Source: Squalus acanthias (Eukaryota). Taken from it: 64,000 bases of DNA. The notes under the pieces were generated by a model. It saw only the letters and a list, made by a program, of their open reading frames with translations, was not told the origin of the DNA and ran no database searches. Positions within the stretch are counted from its first letter, which is position 1. Each line of letters starts with the position of its first letter. Shown piece after piece: positions 13,201-26,110 of this stretch. Location of the stretch: positions 72,170,001 to 72,234,000 of the forward strand of contig CM059432.1 in assembly GCA_030390025.1 (NCBI GenBank). The letters run 5' to 3'. A program made the position numbers and the translations under genes.

Positions 13201-15066
13201 TTGTCCACTATATATGAGACAGGAACATTATTGAATGTGTCAATGGGTTCTGGTAGTTTGGCCCAGTCCTCTCCAATCTATATTCCATAGGTTGTAACAG
13301 GAAAGAAAGATACGGTATGGTTTTTGTATAGAATGCCCCTAATACAAGCTTCTGACATTTATGCACAAGAACATAAGAAATAGGAGCAGGTGTAGACCAT
13401 CCGGCCCCTCGAGCCTGCTCCGCCATTCAATAAGATCATGGCTGATCTTCTACCTCATCTCCACTTTCCTGCACTATCCCCATATCCCTTGATTCCCTTA
13501 ATATCCAAAAATCTATCGATCTCTGTCTTGAATATACTCAATGATTGCGCCTCCACAGCCCTTTGGGGTAGAGAATTCCAAAGATTCACCACCCTCTGAG
13601 TGAAGAAATTTCTCCTCATCTCAATCCTAAATGGCCGACCCCTTATTCTGAGACTGTGACCCCTGATTCTAGACTCCCCAGCCAGGGGAAACATCCTCCC
13701 TGCATCTACCCTGTCAAGCCCTGTAAGAATTTAGTATGTTTCAATGAGATCACCCCTCATTCTTCTAAACTCCAGAGAATATTGACCTAGTCTACTCAAT
13801 CTCTCCTCATAGGACAAACCCCCCATCCCAGGAATCAGTCTAGTGAACCTCCGTTGTACTCCCTCTATGGCAAGTATATCCTTCCTTAGGTAAGGAGACC
13901 CAAACACAATACTCCAGGTGTGGTCTCACCAGGGACCTATATAATTACAGTAAGACATCTTTATTCTTATACTTAAATCTTCCTGTAATAAAGACCAACA
14001 TACCATTTGCTTTCTTAATTGCTTGCTGTACCTGCATGTTAACGTTCAGTGATTCGTGTACAAGGACACCCAGGTCCCTCTGAACACCAACATTTCTCAA
14101 TCTTTCACCATTTAAAAAATACTCTGCTTTTCTACTTTTCCTAGCAAAGTGGATAACTTCACATTTCTCCACATTATATTTCATTTGCCATGTTCTTGCC
14201 CACTCACTTAGCCTGTCTGTATCCCCTTGAATCCTCCTTGCATCCTCCTCAGAACTTACATTCCCACCCAGCAAACTTGGATATATTACATTTGGTCCCC
14301 TCATCCAAATCATTGATATAGATTGTGAATAGCTGAGGCCCAAGCACTGATCCTTGTGGTACCCCACTAGTTACAACCTGCCAACCTGAAAATGACCCGT
14401 TTATTCCTACTCTCTGTTTTCTGTCCGTTAACCAATCCTCAGTCCATGCTAGTATATTATCCCAACCCATGAGCCCTAATTCTGTTTAGTGACCTCTTGT
14501 GTGGCACCTTATCGAATGCCTTCTGAAAATCCAAATACACCACATCCACTGGTTTCCCCCTTATCTATTCTGCTAGTTATAACCTCAAAAAACTCTAACA
14601 GATTCGTCAAACATGATTTCCCTTTCATAAATCCGTGTTGACTCTGCCCAATCCTATTATTATTTTCTAAGTGCTCTGTTACCACGTCCTTAATAATAGA
14701 TTCTAGCATTTTCCCTACTACTGATGTCAGGCTATCTGCTCTGTAGTTCCCCGTTTTCTCTCTTCCCTCCTTTCTTAAATAGTGGGGTTACATTTGCCAT
14801 CTTCCAATCCATGGGAACCGTTCTAGAATCAGTGGAATTTTGGAAGATGACAACCAATGCATCCACTATCTTTATAGCCACCTCTTTCAAAACCCTAGGA
14901 TGTAGGCCATCAGGTCCAGGGGATTTATCAGCTTTCAGTCCCATTAATTTCTCCAGTACAATTTTTTTTTACTAATTTCTTTCAGTTCCTCATTCTTGCT
15001 AGACTTTTGGTTCTCCACTATTTCCGGGAGGTTTTTTGAATCTTCTTCCATGAAGACAGATACAAA

Positions 15067-15884
15067 GGCCGCGATTTTTTCATTGGAGGTGGGTTGGGTG
15101 CAGGTCAGGAGGGTTCTGGCTTCCAATCCGGCCCACAGACATGATTTTACATTGATTGACCTTGTTAAGCACGCCCTGCGGGCTTGCCAGCCAATTAAGA
15201 GGAAGCCGGTCAGATGACTTAATTTGATGACGCGTCATCTGCCGGTTTTCTTAAAGGGACCACGCACAATTTTTTTTGACATCTGATTTCTCAGTGTTTG
15301 ACAGCATTGAGGTGCTGCAAACACTGACAATTACTGTAAAAAGGTGAGCTCTTGCACCCAGGCTCTCCATAGGCTGGAATTAATGGCAGCTGCAGGTGAG
15401 GTGACAGAAGCGATCTGTCACTGGTGAGAGAGGTTCTCCCAATGAGGTGGCACTGGACATGGATTTCAAAACTTGTTACCTAAAGAAATGTGTAAATGAA
15501 TTTCCCAACATTTTCTGACCTCTGAGACTCACCAGTGCACAATTGGATCCTTCACACCATTTCTGCAACTGTCATCAATCCAGAAACATTATAGCAGACT
15601 CACAACACGCCACACTTACCTGGCGTGGTGTCCGGACTTTGGGAAACCCGAGGCAGAAGCGGCAAAATTAAAAAAATAGCCTGTCAACTACCTGTTAACA
15701 GGCAGGCAGGCTTTAATAGTCTTCTCGCCGCTAGGTGTCAGGCCTATAAGCAAATCAGGGACCCGACACATGGGAAAATTGTTTGGAGGTGGGTTGACAG
15801 CGGGATTGCAACCCGCCGTCAATCAAAACGATTTTACCCTTTGAACCGCCTCCAAACCTGCCCTCTGCCAATAAAATTGCGGCC
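15067..15884. mobile_element. Harbinger-type MITE inserted in CR1
   Basis: TIRs GGCCGCGATTTT (15067-15078) / AAAATTGCGGCC (15873-15884), 11/12 match; CR1 sequence resumes on both sides. Confidence 0.8.
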
Positions 15885-15929
15885 AGTGTATTTGTTTAAT
15901 TTCTCAGCCATTTCCTTATTCCCCATTAA

Positions 15930-16050
15930 TAAGTGTTATCGAGGGTAGGCGGGAATGTAGAGTAATCAGATCAGCCATGATCTTATTGAATCGCGGAGCA
16001 GGCTTGAGGGGCCGAGTGGCCGACTCCTGCTCCTAATTTGTATGTTCGTA
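15930..16050 (+). mobile_element. short CR1 3' tail inserted antisense into the larger CR1
   Basis: GATCAGCCATGATCTTATTGAAT..GGCCGACTCCTGCTCCTAATTTGTATGTTCGTA. Confidence 0.8.
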
Positions 16051-16907
16051 TTATAATTTCTCCTGTTGCAACCTGTAAGGGACCCACATTTACTTTTGCT
16101 AATCTTTTCCTTTTTACATACCTGTAGAAGCTTTTACAGTCTGTTTTTAAGTCTCTCGCTAGTTTTATTCTCATTTTATTTTCCCTTTATCAATTTCTTG
16201 GTCCTCCTTTGCTGAATTCTAAAATCCTCCCAATCCTCAGGCTTACTGTTCCTTTTGGCAGCATTATAAGCCTCTTCCTTTGATCTAATACTATCTTTAA
16301 CTTCTCTTGTTAACCACAGTTGGACCACTTTTCCTGTGGGGTTTTTGTGCCATAAAGGAATGTATATTTGTTGTAAATTATGTATTAATTCTTTAAATGC
16401 TAGCCATTGCTTGTCGACCGTCATACCTTTTTAATGTAGTTTCCCAATCTACCTTGGCAAACTCGCCCCTCATTCCTACGTAGTTTGCTTTGTTTAGATT
16501 TAAGACCCTAGTTTCGGATTTAACTAAATCACTTTCAAACTTAATATAAAATTCTGTCATATTATGTCTGCAATATTTATTATTTGTTAGTTTATATTTA
16601 CAATCGTCAAAAAAAAATCAGATCTCAGATTTAAAGGGTCTGGCATATCTCGGTCTGAGTCTTACTTCTGGTAGACTCTGAAGTTATGGCAGGAGTCCAC
16701 TGTAGCATCCATGGATTTTTGAAGTCCTGTTGTCTTGGATCATTCCCAGTAGAATTGAATTTGAGTTCTCATTTCACCTTCAAGTTCCAGACATGTGCAT
16801 AACTAATGAAGCAAGTCTGCACAAAGAAAAGTCAACGTCGTCAATTTCTGTACTCTATTTAGGGAATGAGAATTTGGAGTAGGCTAGCAGAGCATTCATA
16901 CACACCT

Positions 16908-18586
16908 ACACAATAGCAAAATACTGCGGATGCTGGAAATCTGAAATAACAACAGAAAACGCTGGAAAAACTCAGCAGGCCAGGCAGCATCCGTGGAGAG
17001 AGAAACAGAGTTAACGTTTCAGGTCTGGGACCCTTCATCAGAACTGGAAAAAGCTGGAGATGTAACAGATATTAAGCAGGTGCAGAGACAGGGAGGAGGG
17101 GGGGGAGGGGAGGAAGGAATTGAAGGAATATACTGTGCTTTTGTAAGAGGCAGGAAAGATAAAATGTTGCAAATGGGAATGGCAAAATCATACAGCATGA
17201 AAAATGGGGGCAGGGGTTAATAGTTTGAAATTGTTGAACTCAATGTTGAGTCCAAAAGGCTGTAAAGTGCCTAATCGAAAGATGAGGTGCTGTACCTTGA
17301 GCTTATATTGAGCTACATTGGAACAATGTAATAGGCCGAGGACAGAGAGATCAGAGTGGGAGTGAAGCGGTGAATTAAAGTGACAGGCGACCAGAAGCTC
17401 GGTCACCCTTACGGACTGAACGGAGGTGTTCCGCAAAGCGGTCGCCCAATCTGCGTTTGGTCTCCCCAATGTAGAGGAGACCACATCGTGAGCAGCGAAT
17501 ACAGTATACTAAGTTGCAAGAAGTACAAGTAAATCGCTGTTTCACCTGGAAGGGGTGTTTGGGGCCCTGGACAGTGGGAAGGGAGGAGGTAAAAGGGCAT
17601 GTGTTGCATCTCCTGCGCTTGCACGGGAAGGTGCCAGGCGAAGGGGAAGGGCTGTTAGGGGTGATAGAGGAGTGGACCAGGGTGTCGCGGCGTGAATGCT
17701 GAAAGGGGAGGTGAGGGGAAGATGCGTTTGGTGGTAGGATCACGTTGGAGGTGGCGGAGGATGATCCATTGAATATGGAGGCTGGTGGGGTGAAAGGTGA
17801 GAACAAGGGGAACCCTATCATGGTTCTGGGAGGGAGGGGAAGGGGTGAGAGCAGAAGTGCGGGAAATGGAACGGACACGGTCAAGGGCCATGTCAACCAC
17901 AGTAGAGGGGAATCCTTGGTTGAGGAAAAAGGAAGACATGTCGGAAGCACTGGTATGGAAGGTGGCATCGTCTGAACAGACGCGGCAGAGACTGAGAAAC
18001 TGGGAGAATGGAATAGAGTCCTTGCAGGAAGCGGGGTGAGAGGAAGTGTAGTCCAGGTAGCTGTGGGAGTCAGTGGGCTTGTAGTGGATGTTTGTTGAAA
18101 GCCGATCGCCAGAAATGGAGACGGAGAAGTCGAGGAAGAGAAGAGTCGGCGATGGACCATGTGAAGGTGAGGGAAGGGTGGAAATTGGAAGTAAAGTGAA
18201 TTAACTTATCTAGTTCAGGGCGAGAGCAAGAAACGGCACCGATACAGTCATCGATGTACCGGAAAAAGAGGTGAGGGAGGGTACCCGAGTAGGACTGGAA
18301 CAAAGAATGTTCCACAAATCCCATGAAAAGGCAGGCATAGCTAGGGCCCATGTGGGTTCCCATAGCAACACCTTTAATTTGGAGGATGTGAGTGGAGTCA
18401 GAGGAGAAGTAGTTCATTGTGAGAACAAGTTCAGCCAGGCGGAGGAGGGTGGTGGTGGATGGGGACTGGTTGGGCCTCTGTTCAAGGAAGAAGCGGAGCG
18501 CCCTCAGGCCGTCCTGGTGGGGGATGGGGCTGTAGAGGGATTTACAATAGCAAAATACTGCGGATGCTGGAATACAATAGCAAAAT
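16908..18586 (-). mobile_element. Penelope-like retroelement (Neptune-type), 5'-truncated, RT plus GIY-YIG endonuclease, frameshifted
   Basis: RT QIKGVAMGTHMGPSYACLFMG..FFRYIDD (ORF 18070-18417); Cys linker CKRRRCNTC; GIY-YIG NLVYCIRCSRCGLLYIGETKRRLGDRFAEH (ORF 17375-18160); 14-bp TSD ATTCATACACACCT at 16894-16907 and 18587-18600. Confidence 0.93.
17006..17046 (-). ncRNA. minimal type I hammerhead ribozyme motif in Penelope terminal repeat
   Basis: Minus strand: CAGTT-CTGATGA-A-GGGTC-CCA-GACCT-GAAA-CG-TT-AACTC (core boxes, helix II, palindromic AACGTT, helix I AGTT/AACT). Confidence 0.7.
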
Positions 18587-19257
18587 ATTCATACACACCT
18601 GTTCTTGTGTGGTATATTTACCTTTCAAAACATCTTCCCATAAACCAAATGTTCCAAATATTTTGGGGATCTTGTGCAGATGAAGTTAATTTGTTGGACA
18701 ACCTGTGTTTTTGTTAAATCCTAGTATAAAACAGTCAAATTTGCTAGTTTAAAATTTAAAGCTTTGTCAGTGGATTTGTTTTCTTGAGGTTATCTATTCC
18801 ACAGTTGCCATTATTCTCGAATACCACAATGATTTATTTATATGCAGTAGTTTAGGAGTGGCCATCCTTTCAAAGCTCAATTAAGCTCCTGCAGAACCTG
18901 GTAAATGTGGGTTTAATTAAAATGTTACTATGGATATTTTCAATGTAACCTATGCATTGCCTGACTATACCTTGTACATTGCACGCATATTTTTATTATT
19001 ACAGTAAGAGTTTCACTGAACACACTAAGTCAGGAATGCTTATCAATGTAACTTCTAATGTGCTTTTAATTTAAGTTGTGATAACAAAAAAAGCCATCAT
19101 ATTTTTATCATTAAATGTTAGTTTCCAAAATTTGCAATAGTCCCATCAACTAATAATAAAAATTCCTGATTTTAATTTATCCAGATGCAAGAATATGTCT
19201 TCTATAAAGGCCAAAAACAGAAGCTACTGTCAGGGTATACGTTGCCCTTTTCTTCCA

Positions 19258-19972
19258 TGAATAAATGGTAGGATACTGAGAAGTGCAGAGGGACCTTGTG
19301 GTGCATGTCCACAGATTCTTGAAGGTAGCAGGACAGGACAGGTGGTTAAGAAGGCATACGGGATACTTTATTAGCCGAGGCATAAAATATAAGAGCAGGG
19401 AGGTTATGCTTGAACTGTATAAAACACTAGTTAGGCCACAACGAGAGTACTGTTCTTGTCACCACATTACAGGAAAGATGTGATTGCACTAGAGAGGGTA
19501 CTGAGGAGATCTACGAGGATGTTGCCAGAACTGGAGAATTTTAGCTATGAGGAAAGATTGGATAGGCTGGGGTTGTTTTCTTTGGAACAGAGGAGGCTGA
19601 GGGGAGACTTGATTGAGGTATATAAAATTATGAGGGGATAGGAAGGACCTGTTTCCCTTAGCAGAGAGGTCAATAACCAGGGGGCATAGATTTAAAGTAA
19701 TTGGTAGAAGGATTAGAGGGGAGCTGAGGAGAACTTTTTCCACCCAGCAGGTGGTGGGGGGTCTGGAACTCACTGCCTGAAAGTGAGGTGGAGGCAGAAA
19801 CCCTCATCACATTTATAAAGTACTTGGATATGCACTTGAAATGCTGTAACCTACAGGGCTACGGATCAAGAGTTGGAAAGAGGGAGTAGGCTGGATAGCT
19901 CGTCTCTGGCTGGCACACTTACGATGGGCTGAATGGCCTCTTTCTGTGCTGTAAACTTCTATGATTCCATGA
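19258..19972 (+). mobile_element. CR1 LINE 3' fragment
   Basis: QRDLVVHVH..ELYKTLVRP; LFSLEQRRLRGDLIEVYKIM; tail GGGCTGAATGGCCTCTTTCTGTGCTGTAAACTTCTATGATTC. Confidence 0.9.
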
Positions 19973-21009
19973 ACACTTTAATAGGATTGAGGAATTCAAA
20001 AGTTAAGCAGTTACATTTCCACCAGAAAGCAGTGGCTGAATACTGAGGCAAAAGTTTGAAGGGTGATCACAGTCATTGAGTTCCTCAATTTTTGAATTGC
20101 TAGGTTTCTGTGTAGTTCACAATTTCCAGAACAACTCGTGACCTGTTTCAAATTCTGGTACTTCCATATCAGCAGCTCATAACAAATGATTCAGTGAAGT
20201 GTCCAGTATTTGAGACAGCTGTATTCAGCTTTACAAAGTCCCAGTAATCCACTTACTGATACTAACAATGCTGGTGCTCCATCTACAGTAATGGCAGTAA
20301 GTTTCTCAAATAGTACCTTGGCTTTCTGAATAACGGACATCACTGCGTCCTTGATATTCATGCTTCATTTTTGACCTTTTAGTGATAAGCAGGTCTTTTT
20401 TCACAACCATCGGACAAATACGCACAAAGCATTGCTGCAGTTTGACCTGAACATCATATGGCTCATCCAATGCAAGGTTTAAATATGCACATCGCTGCAT
20501 GACCGAATGCTGTTCAGGATCATTCCCTGAATTTTGAGGGCCAATTTCCCTCAGACCCTTACAGTTGTGCAACTTCCATGGGGCTTTTCTAGCTGATTTC
20601 CCACCGTTAGACTTGTTCTAATAAATTCAGTGAGATTCTTACTTGTGTCGGGTATCACCACTGCCCCCCCCAGCCGGCGAAGGAGGGGAAATTGCTGCTG
20701 CAGGCCCTTGATGGCCTGCAGTAGTGTGCTCCTCCAGTATCTATTTCTGTGGAAGTCAAAGAAAATTTTTTAACTTTTAATTAAAGTAAAGATTTAAAAA
20801 ATCAGAGTCAGAGAGACGATCGATTGCACAAGCTGTTGGGGTGAAATTAAATTTTAAATCCTCAGCACGCCATAGCAAAGGTGTATGTCAGGAACACCTG
20901 ATATTCCTAGCATTACTATGGTGCAAATTGTGGGAAATAAGTTGCATGATTTATTCCTATTGTTTCCATGTTATCTCAGTATGCTCACTCATGTTTAGAC
21001 AGACATATT

Positions 21010-21725
21010 GGGCTCGATTTTGTCATTGGGGCGGGCTGGGGTCGTGTCATCCGCTTTTCGTGTTAGCCACCCGACTCCAATTGGATGTGGGAGAATTATG
21101 TGATTTTCCCCTAATTGGGCAGTTGAGTTCCAGCATGTGGGAACCCATGACCCAATTTGTTTTTTCAGTCTGAAAGTCGCCTCTGATGATGTCATCATTG
21201 CTGCTGCATTTAAGGTCTGCAAAGACTGCCAGCCTTTTGGTCTTTGCTGTGAGAGGGACCTGGAGGCAAAATGAGCAGCAGGAGACCTAAGTCTGCTCCC
21301 AGATTTTTTTTCTTCCACCACCACCACCACCACGCTCCAAACTTCCACAACAATGGTTATGCCCGCTAAAAGGTCCCCCAGAATGATGATGGATCAAATC
21401 TCCTTTTCAATGGTGGAGCTGCAGATGATAGTCAGCAATGTAAGTGTGCTACCACCAGGTTTCACCGTCGTGTTTCAGAGGAGGCGTGCATCACGTCGGA
21501 AAAGTGTTAAAATCAGAAAGGCCTCTCAAAATGGGATTATAGAGGCAATTAAGTGGTTGTTAAGGGCCTATCCTGCCTCTTGGAGGCGGGACGGAGACGG
21601 GATCAGAAACCACGCATTTGGGAAAATTGCATGGAGGTGGGGTCGGGCCCGCCCGCCATTTTTTGCAATTTTAACACCCCACACGCCTCCATTCCCGCCT
21701 CCTCGGGCCTGGCAAAATCGAGCCC
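21010..21725. mobile_element. Harbinger-type MITE
   Basis: TIRs GGGCTCGATTTTGTCA / TGGCAAAATCGAGCCC (15/16 match); ATT on both flanks (21007-21009, 21726-21728). Confidence 0.88.
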
Positions 21726-22225
21726 ATTGAGTACCCAATGTTATTACCAGTGGGGAATCTCTGAAATCGCAGTCTGTGATGAAGAGCCAGTGGAATACCT
21801 GCCTGCCCGATTTTCCACGCAGTCCACTGGAATTGCATTGAGGCGTTGGCATAACTCGAAGATCTGCCCCAAGTGCTTTCTTGTATGGTAAGACCGTGCA
21901 GATCTGAAATTAGCTTTTGCAGTTGATTATTACCTGGCCATAGGATATCATTTAATTACATTTTCACAAAATTACTCAGAGTAAAACTTTTCTGCATGGC
22001 ACTCTTCCGTGCAACTTGTTATGAAGCTAGAATCAGAGTTCCTGCTTTTTTAGCAGATTTACTGAAAGCTTCATTCTGTTTTTCAAGCTGCCTTTGCAAG
22101 ATCTTCAGCTTTAAAGAGTAAACTTAACCCCTTGGAAAATCCTGGTCAGTGCAGTCATGGTGAGTGCTAAAATGACATTGAAGATTTGAACTGAGATAGA
22201 TTATAATGACTGAGAAGGCACTTAA

Positions 22226-23000
22226 GGGGAGAAATTGGAAGCTTTAGCACCAGCCATGACAGCCATGAAATGGTGAAAAGCCGGCGGCCGGCGCTCTACC
22301 ACCAGTTGGTGGTGGATCCGTTGGCGCGGGCCATTTTCGAGCTGCCGGTAAACACTAGCACCAGGGACATTTAAACGACAGATTGTGACGTCAGTGAGTG
22401 TGCAACGCTCACTTGATGCCCGATCTCCAACATTACCGTCAGCGCAGAATGGCCACAAGGAGAGCTGTTGTCTACTAGCAGGAAGCAAGCTGCAGCAGCG
22501 ATATTTACCGGCACCATTCCCAGTCAGTTGCACCTGGCATGGTTCAGCAGTTTCAGTGCCTGTTTGCTACTTCCTGCAACTGAAACAGCTTTCTTTAGTT
22601 ATTTCAAGGTTTTTTGGTAACCGGGAGTGTTGTTTCAAGTGCAGAAGTCCCTCTTTTTTTAAAGGCTTCTGCTCACAACACTTGCTCACAGTCATGGGGG
22701 CTGTACTGGCAGTCGACCTCGCGCTCCAGGATCTATGGCAGAGGCAGCGAGGAAGACGGGAACCTGCAGGAGGAGGAGGGCCATGAGGGCTCTCAACAGG
22801 AGGCCTTGCCCACCTAGGGTCTTCCGACAGCACTTCTCCTACCTCCACTTAAGCGAGGAGCGCTGTCTTAGGAGGCTACCCTTCAGCCAGGAGGTGGCCA
22901 CAGAATTCTGCCACCTCCTGCAACCAGATCTGCAGCCTGAGAGCAGGGCGACCACAGCTCTCCCAGTGGCAGTCAAGGTCACCGTGGCACTCAATTTCTA
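22226..23000 (+). mobile_element. Harbinger transposon 5' end with transposase fragment
   Basis: Starts GGGGAGAAATT after TAA; ORF 22735-23001 RVFRQHFSYLHLSEERCLRRLPFSQEVATEFCHLLQPDLQP..LPVAVKVTVALNF resembles the HARBI1-like transposase N-terminus. Confidence 0.85.
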
Positions 23001-23139
23001 GTTTTTACATTGCATCTACAAAAAAAATGCGAGCTCACAAGCCAGTAAGATCAGTGATATTCCTTATGCTTTCTTTTCCATTTACATTTTTCTGCCATCT
23101 TATTGTATACTGTGGAGGATCATGAACACAGTCATCAGT

Positions 23140-23405
23140 GTACATGTAGAAGCTGACCCCAAGTCTGCAGATGATGTTGTCAAGGGACAGTATGTAGGTG
23201 AGAAGGAGGGGACAAAGGATGGATCCTTGGGGGACTCTGGTGGTGACAGTGCAGGGGTGGAAAGAGAGGCTATTGCTTGAAATACTCTGGCTATGATTGG
23301 GTAGGTAAGATTGAACCAAGCAAGAACTGTTCCACAGAGCTGGACAGTAGAGGAGAGGTTGGTATGGTCAACGGTGTTGCAAGCTGCAGAGAGGTTGAAA
23401 AGGAC
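23140..23405 (-). mobile_element. L2 RT fragment
   Basis: SYLPNHSQ..VPQGSILCPLL..VSFYMYTDD. Confidence 0.8.
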
Positions 23406-23504
23406 TTTCTAATTTACTTAATCTCTTTATTTTAATTACTTTTAACCCAGGTTGTATCCTGGAATATGGGAAATGCATTTACACAAGTTTTATGTAAGTG
23501 TTAT

Positions 23505-23745
23505 TACCTTCAGCTGTCTCGGTCCTAAGCTCTGGAATTCCCTCCCTAAACCTCTCTGCCTTTCAACAACTTCCTCCTCCTTTAAGATGCTCCTTAAAAC
23601 CTACCTCTTTGACTAAGCTTTTGGTCACCTGTCCTAATATCTCCTTAGGTGGCTTAATGTCAAATTTTGTCTGATAATACTCCTGTGAAGTGCCTTGGGG
23701 TGTTGTACTATGTTAAAGGTGCTATATAAATGCAAGTTGTTGTTA
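23505..23745 (+). mobile_element. L2 3' end
   Basis: CCTAAGCTCTGGAATTCCCTCCC..GCTATATAAATGCAAGTTGTTGTT. Confidence 0.85.
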
Positions 23746-23791
23746 ACTGCTATCCAAGTCATTTTTTTAGGGACGTAGGGGGGGGGAAAGA

Positions 23792-23792
<1 letters not shown>

Positions 23793-23820
<28 letters not shown>
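23793..23820. repeat. (CT)n microsatellite
   Basis: Direct reading. Confidence 0.9.
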
Positions 23821-23824
<4 letters not shown>

Positions 23825-24915
23825 CTCATATCTCACTGATTGACGTGGCCAGTTTAATATGAAATTGTACAATGATTTAAAAGTATAATGGTTTTAGTTA
23901 ACAGTATGTTCAATGGAGATGTGTATATATATATCACACTGTTGAGCTGTACTGAACAGAATAAACCATTATTTATGTTGTAAGGTATCACTGGTTAATG
24001 CTACCAGAAGTTAAATGGATTGGAGTCAGCGGGGGAAAAAAGTCATTTGTTCTTACTATTTACATGTCCAAAGGCATGCAGATCTGAAGGACAGAAAAAA
24101 ACAGAATATTCCTGCTCTGTGAAAATGTGTTAAGAGAATAAAAGGTGCCAGAGGAAAGGCTATTGCTGCCTCATTTTTATTTCTAACTCCCTGAATCATG
24201 GGGTTGATGAAGTATGTGTTTTCTAAAATTGTGGAGAAATTGTTTTTTAAAATCATATGATCAACAAGATAGAAGTTGCTAAAACACATACATCATTCCA
24301 CCAATTCTAAATTTAGTCATATCAGGATTTTAACACTCCTTTTTTTCTACTGGGAAGCCCCACTGATCATGGATTTTTAATTTAAATATTATAAATGAAA
24401 AAGAATCTGACAATTTTTAAGAATTGTAGCTGTGTATAAAAATACACAGTTCAAACACTTCATGGGTTATGAAAACTAGGTGAGTTTCACTGTAAAAAAT
24501 GAATGATCCTCCACAGAATACTTTATAATTCAGATTGTGAAACTTACATTGTGATAATTATATAATCAAGAGCTTATGCCATTGCTGTAGATTTAAATAT
24601 TGTCATGTTAATTTTAATAAGTTATGCAGAACAGGAGTGCTAAGGTACCTCTTCTGAATTTTCAAATATGGAGCAAACTTGCTATCTGGGTAGGAGCTCT
24701 AAACAACCTCTTCCTCTATAGTGACTTTGATATAAACATTCATAACAAATTTATATTGCAGTTTTTCAAACCAAGTTTCATTTGTATCTTTTCTCTATTG
24801 TTATGTTCCATATCATTTGTCAGGCAAATGGGTTTGAGGCCTTTCTCAGCCATTGCAACTCATGAGCCAGCGATACTAGGACTCTGCTCAACACCTCAGA
24901 GTATCGCTGAAGCGG

Positions 24916-25677
24916 AGAACATAAGAACATAAGAAGTAGGAGCAGGAGTAGGCCATACGACCCTTCGGGCCTGCTCCGCCATTCAACAGGATCATGGCTG
25001 ATCCGAACCTAGACTCACGTCCACTTCCCTGCCCGCTCCCCATAACCCTTAGTTTCCTAGCTGATAAGGGAATTGTCTATCTCCGTTTTAAATTTATTTA
25101 ATGTCGCAGCTTCCACAGCTCTCCTGAGGTAGCAAATTCCATAGCTTTACTACCCTCTGAGTGAAGAAGTTTCTCCTCATCTCAGTTTTGAAACGGCAGC
25201 CCCTTATTCTAAGATTATGCCCCCTAGTTCTAGTCTCACCCATCAGTGGAAACATCCTCCCCGCATCCACCCGATCAAGCCCTCTCACAATCTTATATGT
25301 TTCGATAAGATCGCCTCTCATTCTTCTGTATTCCAATGAGTAGAGGCTCAACCTTTCCTCATAAGTCAACCTCCTCATCTCTGGAATCAACCGAGTGAAC
25401 CTTCTCTGAACTGCCTCTAGAGCAAGTATATCTTTTCTTAAATATGGAAACCAAAACTGTACGCAGTACTCCAGGTGTGGCCTCACCAGTACCCTGTATA
25501 GCTGAAGCAAGACTTCCCTGCTTTTGTACTCCATCCCCCTTGCAATAAAAGCCAAGATTCCATTGGCCTTCCTGATCACCTGCTGTACCTGCATACTAAC
25601 CTTCTGTGTTTCATGCACCAGGACCCCCAGATCCCTTTGTACTATAGCACTTTGCAGTTTCTTTCCATTTAGATAAT
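24916..25677 (-). mobile_element. CR1 LINE 3' fragment, relatively young
   Basis: Uninterrupted 174-aa ORF 25094-25618 (LVRPHLEYCVQFW..RRMRGDLIETYK..RRNFFTQRVV); AGAACATA repeat tail. Confidence 0.93.
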
Positions 25678-25764
25678 TTAGAAGTTGGCTATGTGGGAAT
25701 TTTACAGTTGGAAGTCATCTCCAACAGGTGTGTGATGTGCCAGCTAGGATGACTATTTTCCATA

Positions 25765-26110
25765 CTGGGTAGTGCAATAGGTTTGACACTTGTTTCAACC
25801 CTGGAACTGGGTTCAAATCTAGCCGTACTGATTATATCAAAAGGAGTCCATGTGAAAAAGTTTGGTCAGTTTCAGTCCACTTCCTCATGGACATGAGTAG
25901 TTCCAGTAGCACAGAACTGTCCCTAATTTTGTCACTAAATTGGCAATCTCATACAGAAGCCACAGATCGGCTGCTGTGGGAAAGTAGAAAGTGCCACACT
26001 GAGTTGCGGACTTGAGGTTTCAGGAGAGGGCATTGTTGGGGCAGAATGGAGGGTGTGCTTGATGCTGGGTGCCTTAAATGGAAAGGTTCCATTCCCCAGC
26101 ACTGATATCC
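25765..26110 (+). mobile_element. LF-SINE-like tRNA-derived SINE (old)
   Basis: B-box GGTTCAAATC; body CCATGTGAAA..TCAGTCCACTTCCT..GGAC..CACTAAATTGGCA resembles the LF-SINE body as I recall it. Confidence 0.5.

Larger units (their letters stand above)
13365..16567 (-). mobile_element. CR1 LINE (long RT-containing fragment) with nested inserts
   Basis: Minus-strand ORFs [76 protein letters not shown]; tail at 13365-13400. Confidence 0.95.

Noticed and set aside
22735..23001. Domesticated HARBI1 gene exon
   Set aside because: Truncated, lacks the DDE core, follows a transposon end, and has decayed paralogues at 1390-1740 and 41790-42800
23140..23745. Twin-priming inversion of a single L2
   Set aside because: About 100 bp of unrelated DNA separates the two pieces and no TSD was found; two independent fragments are equally likely
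25094..25618. 174-aa intact ORF as a host gene
   Set aside because: C-terminal part of CR1 ORF2, repeated many times in the window
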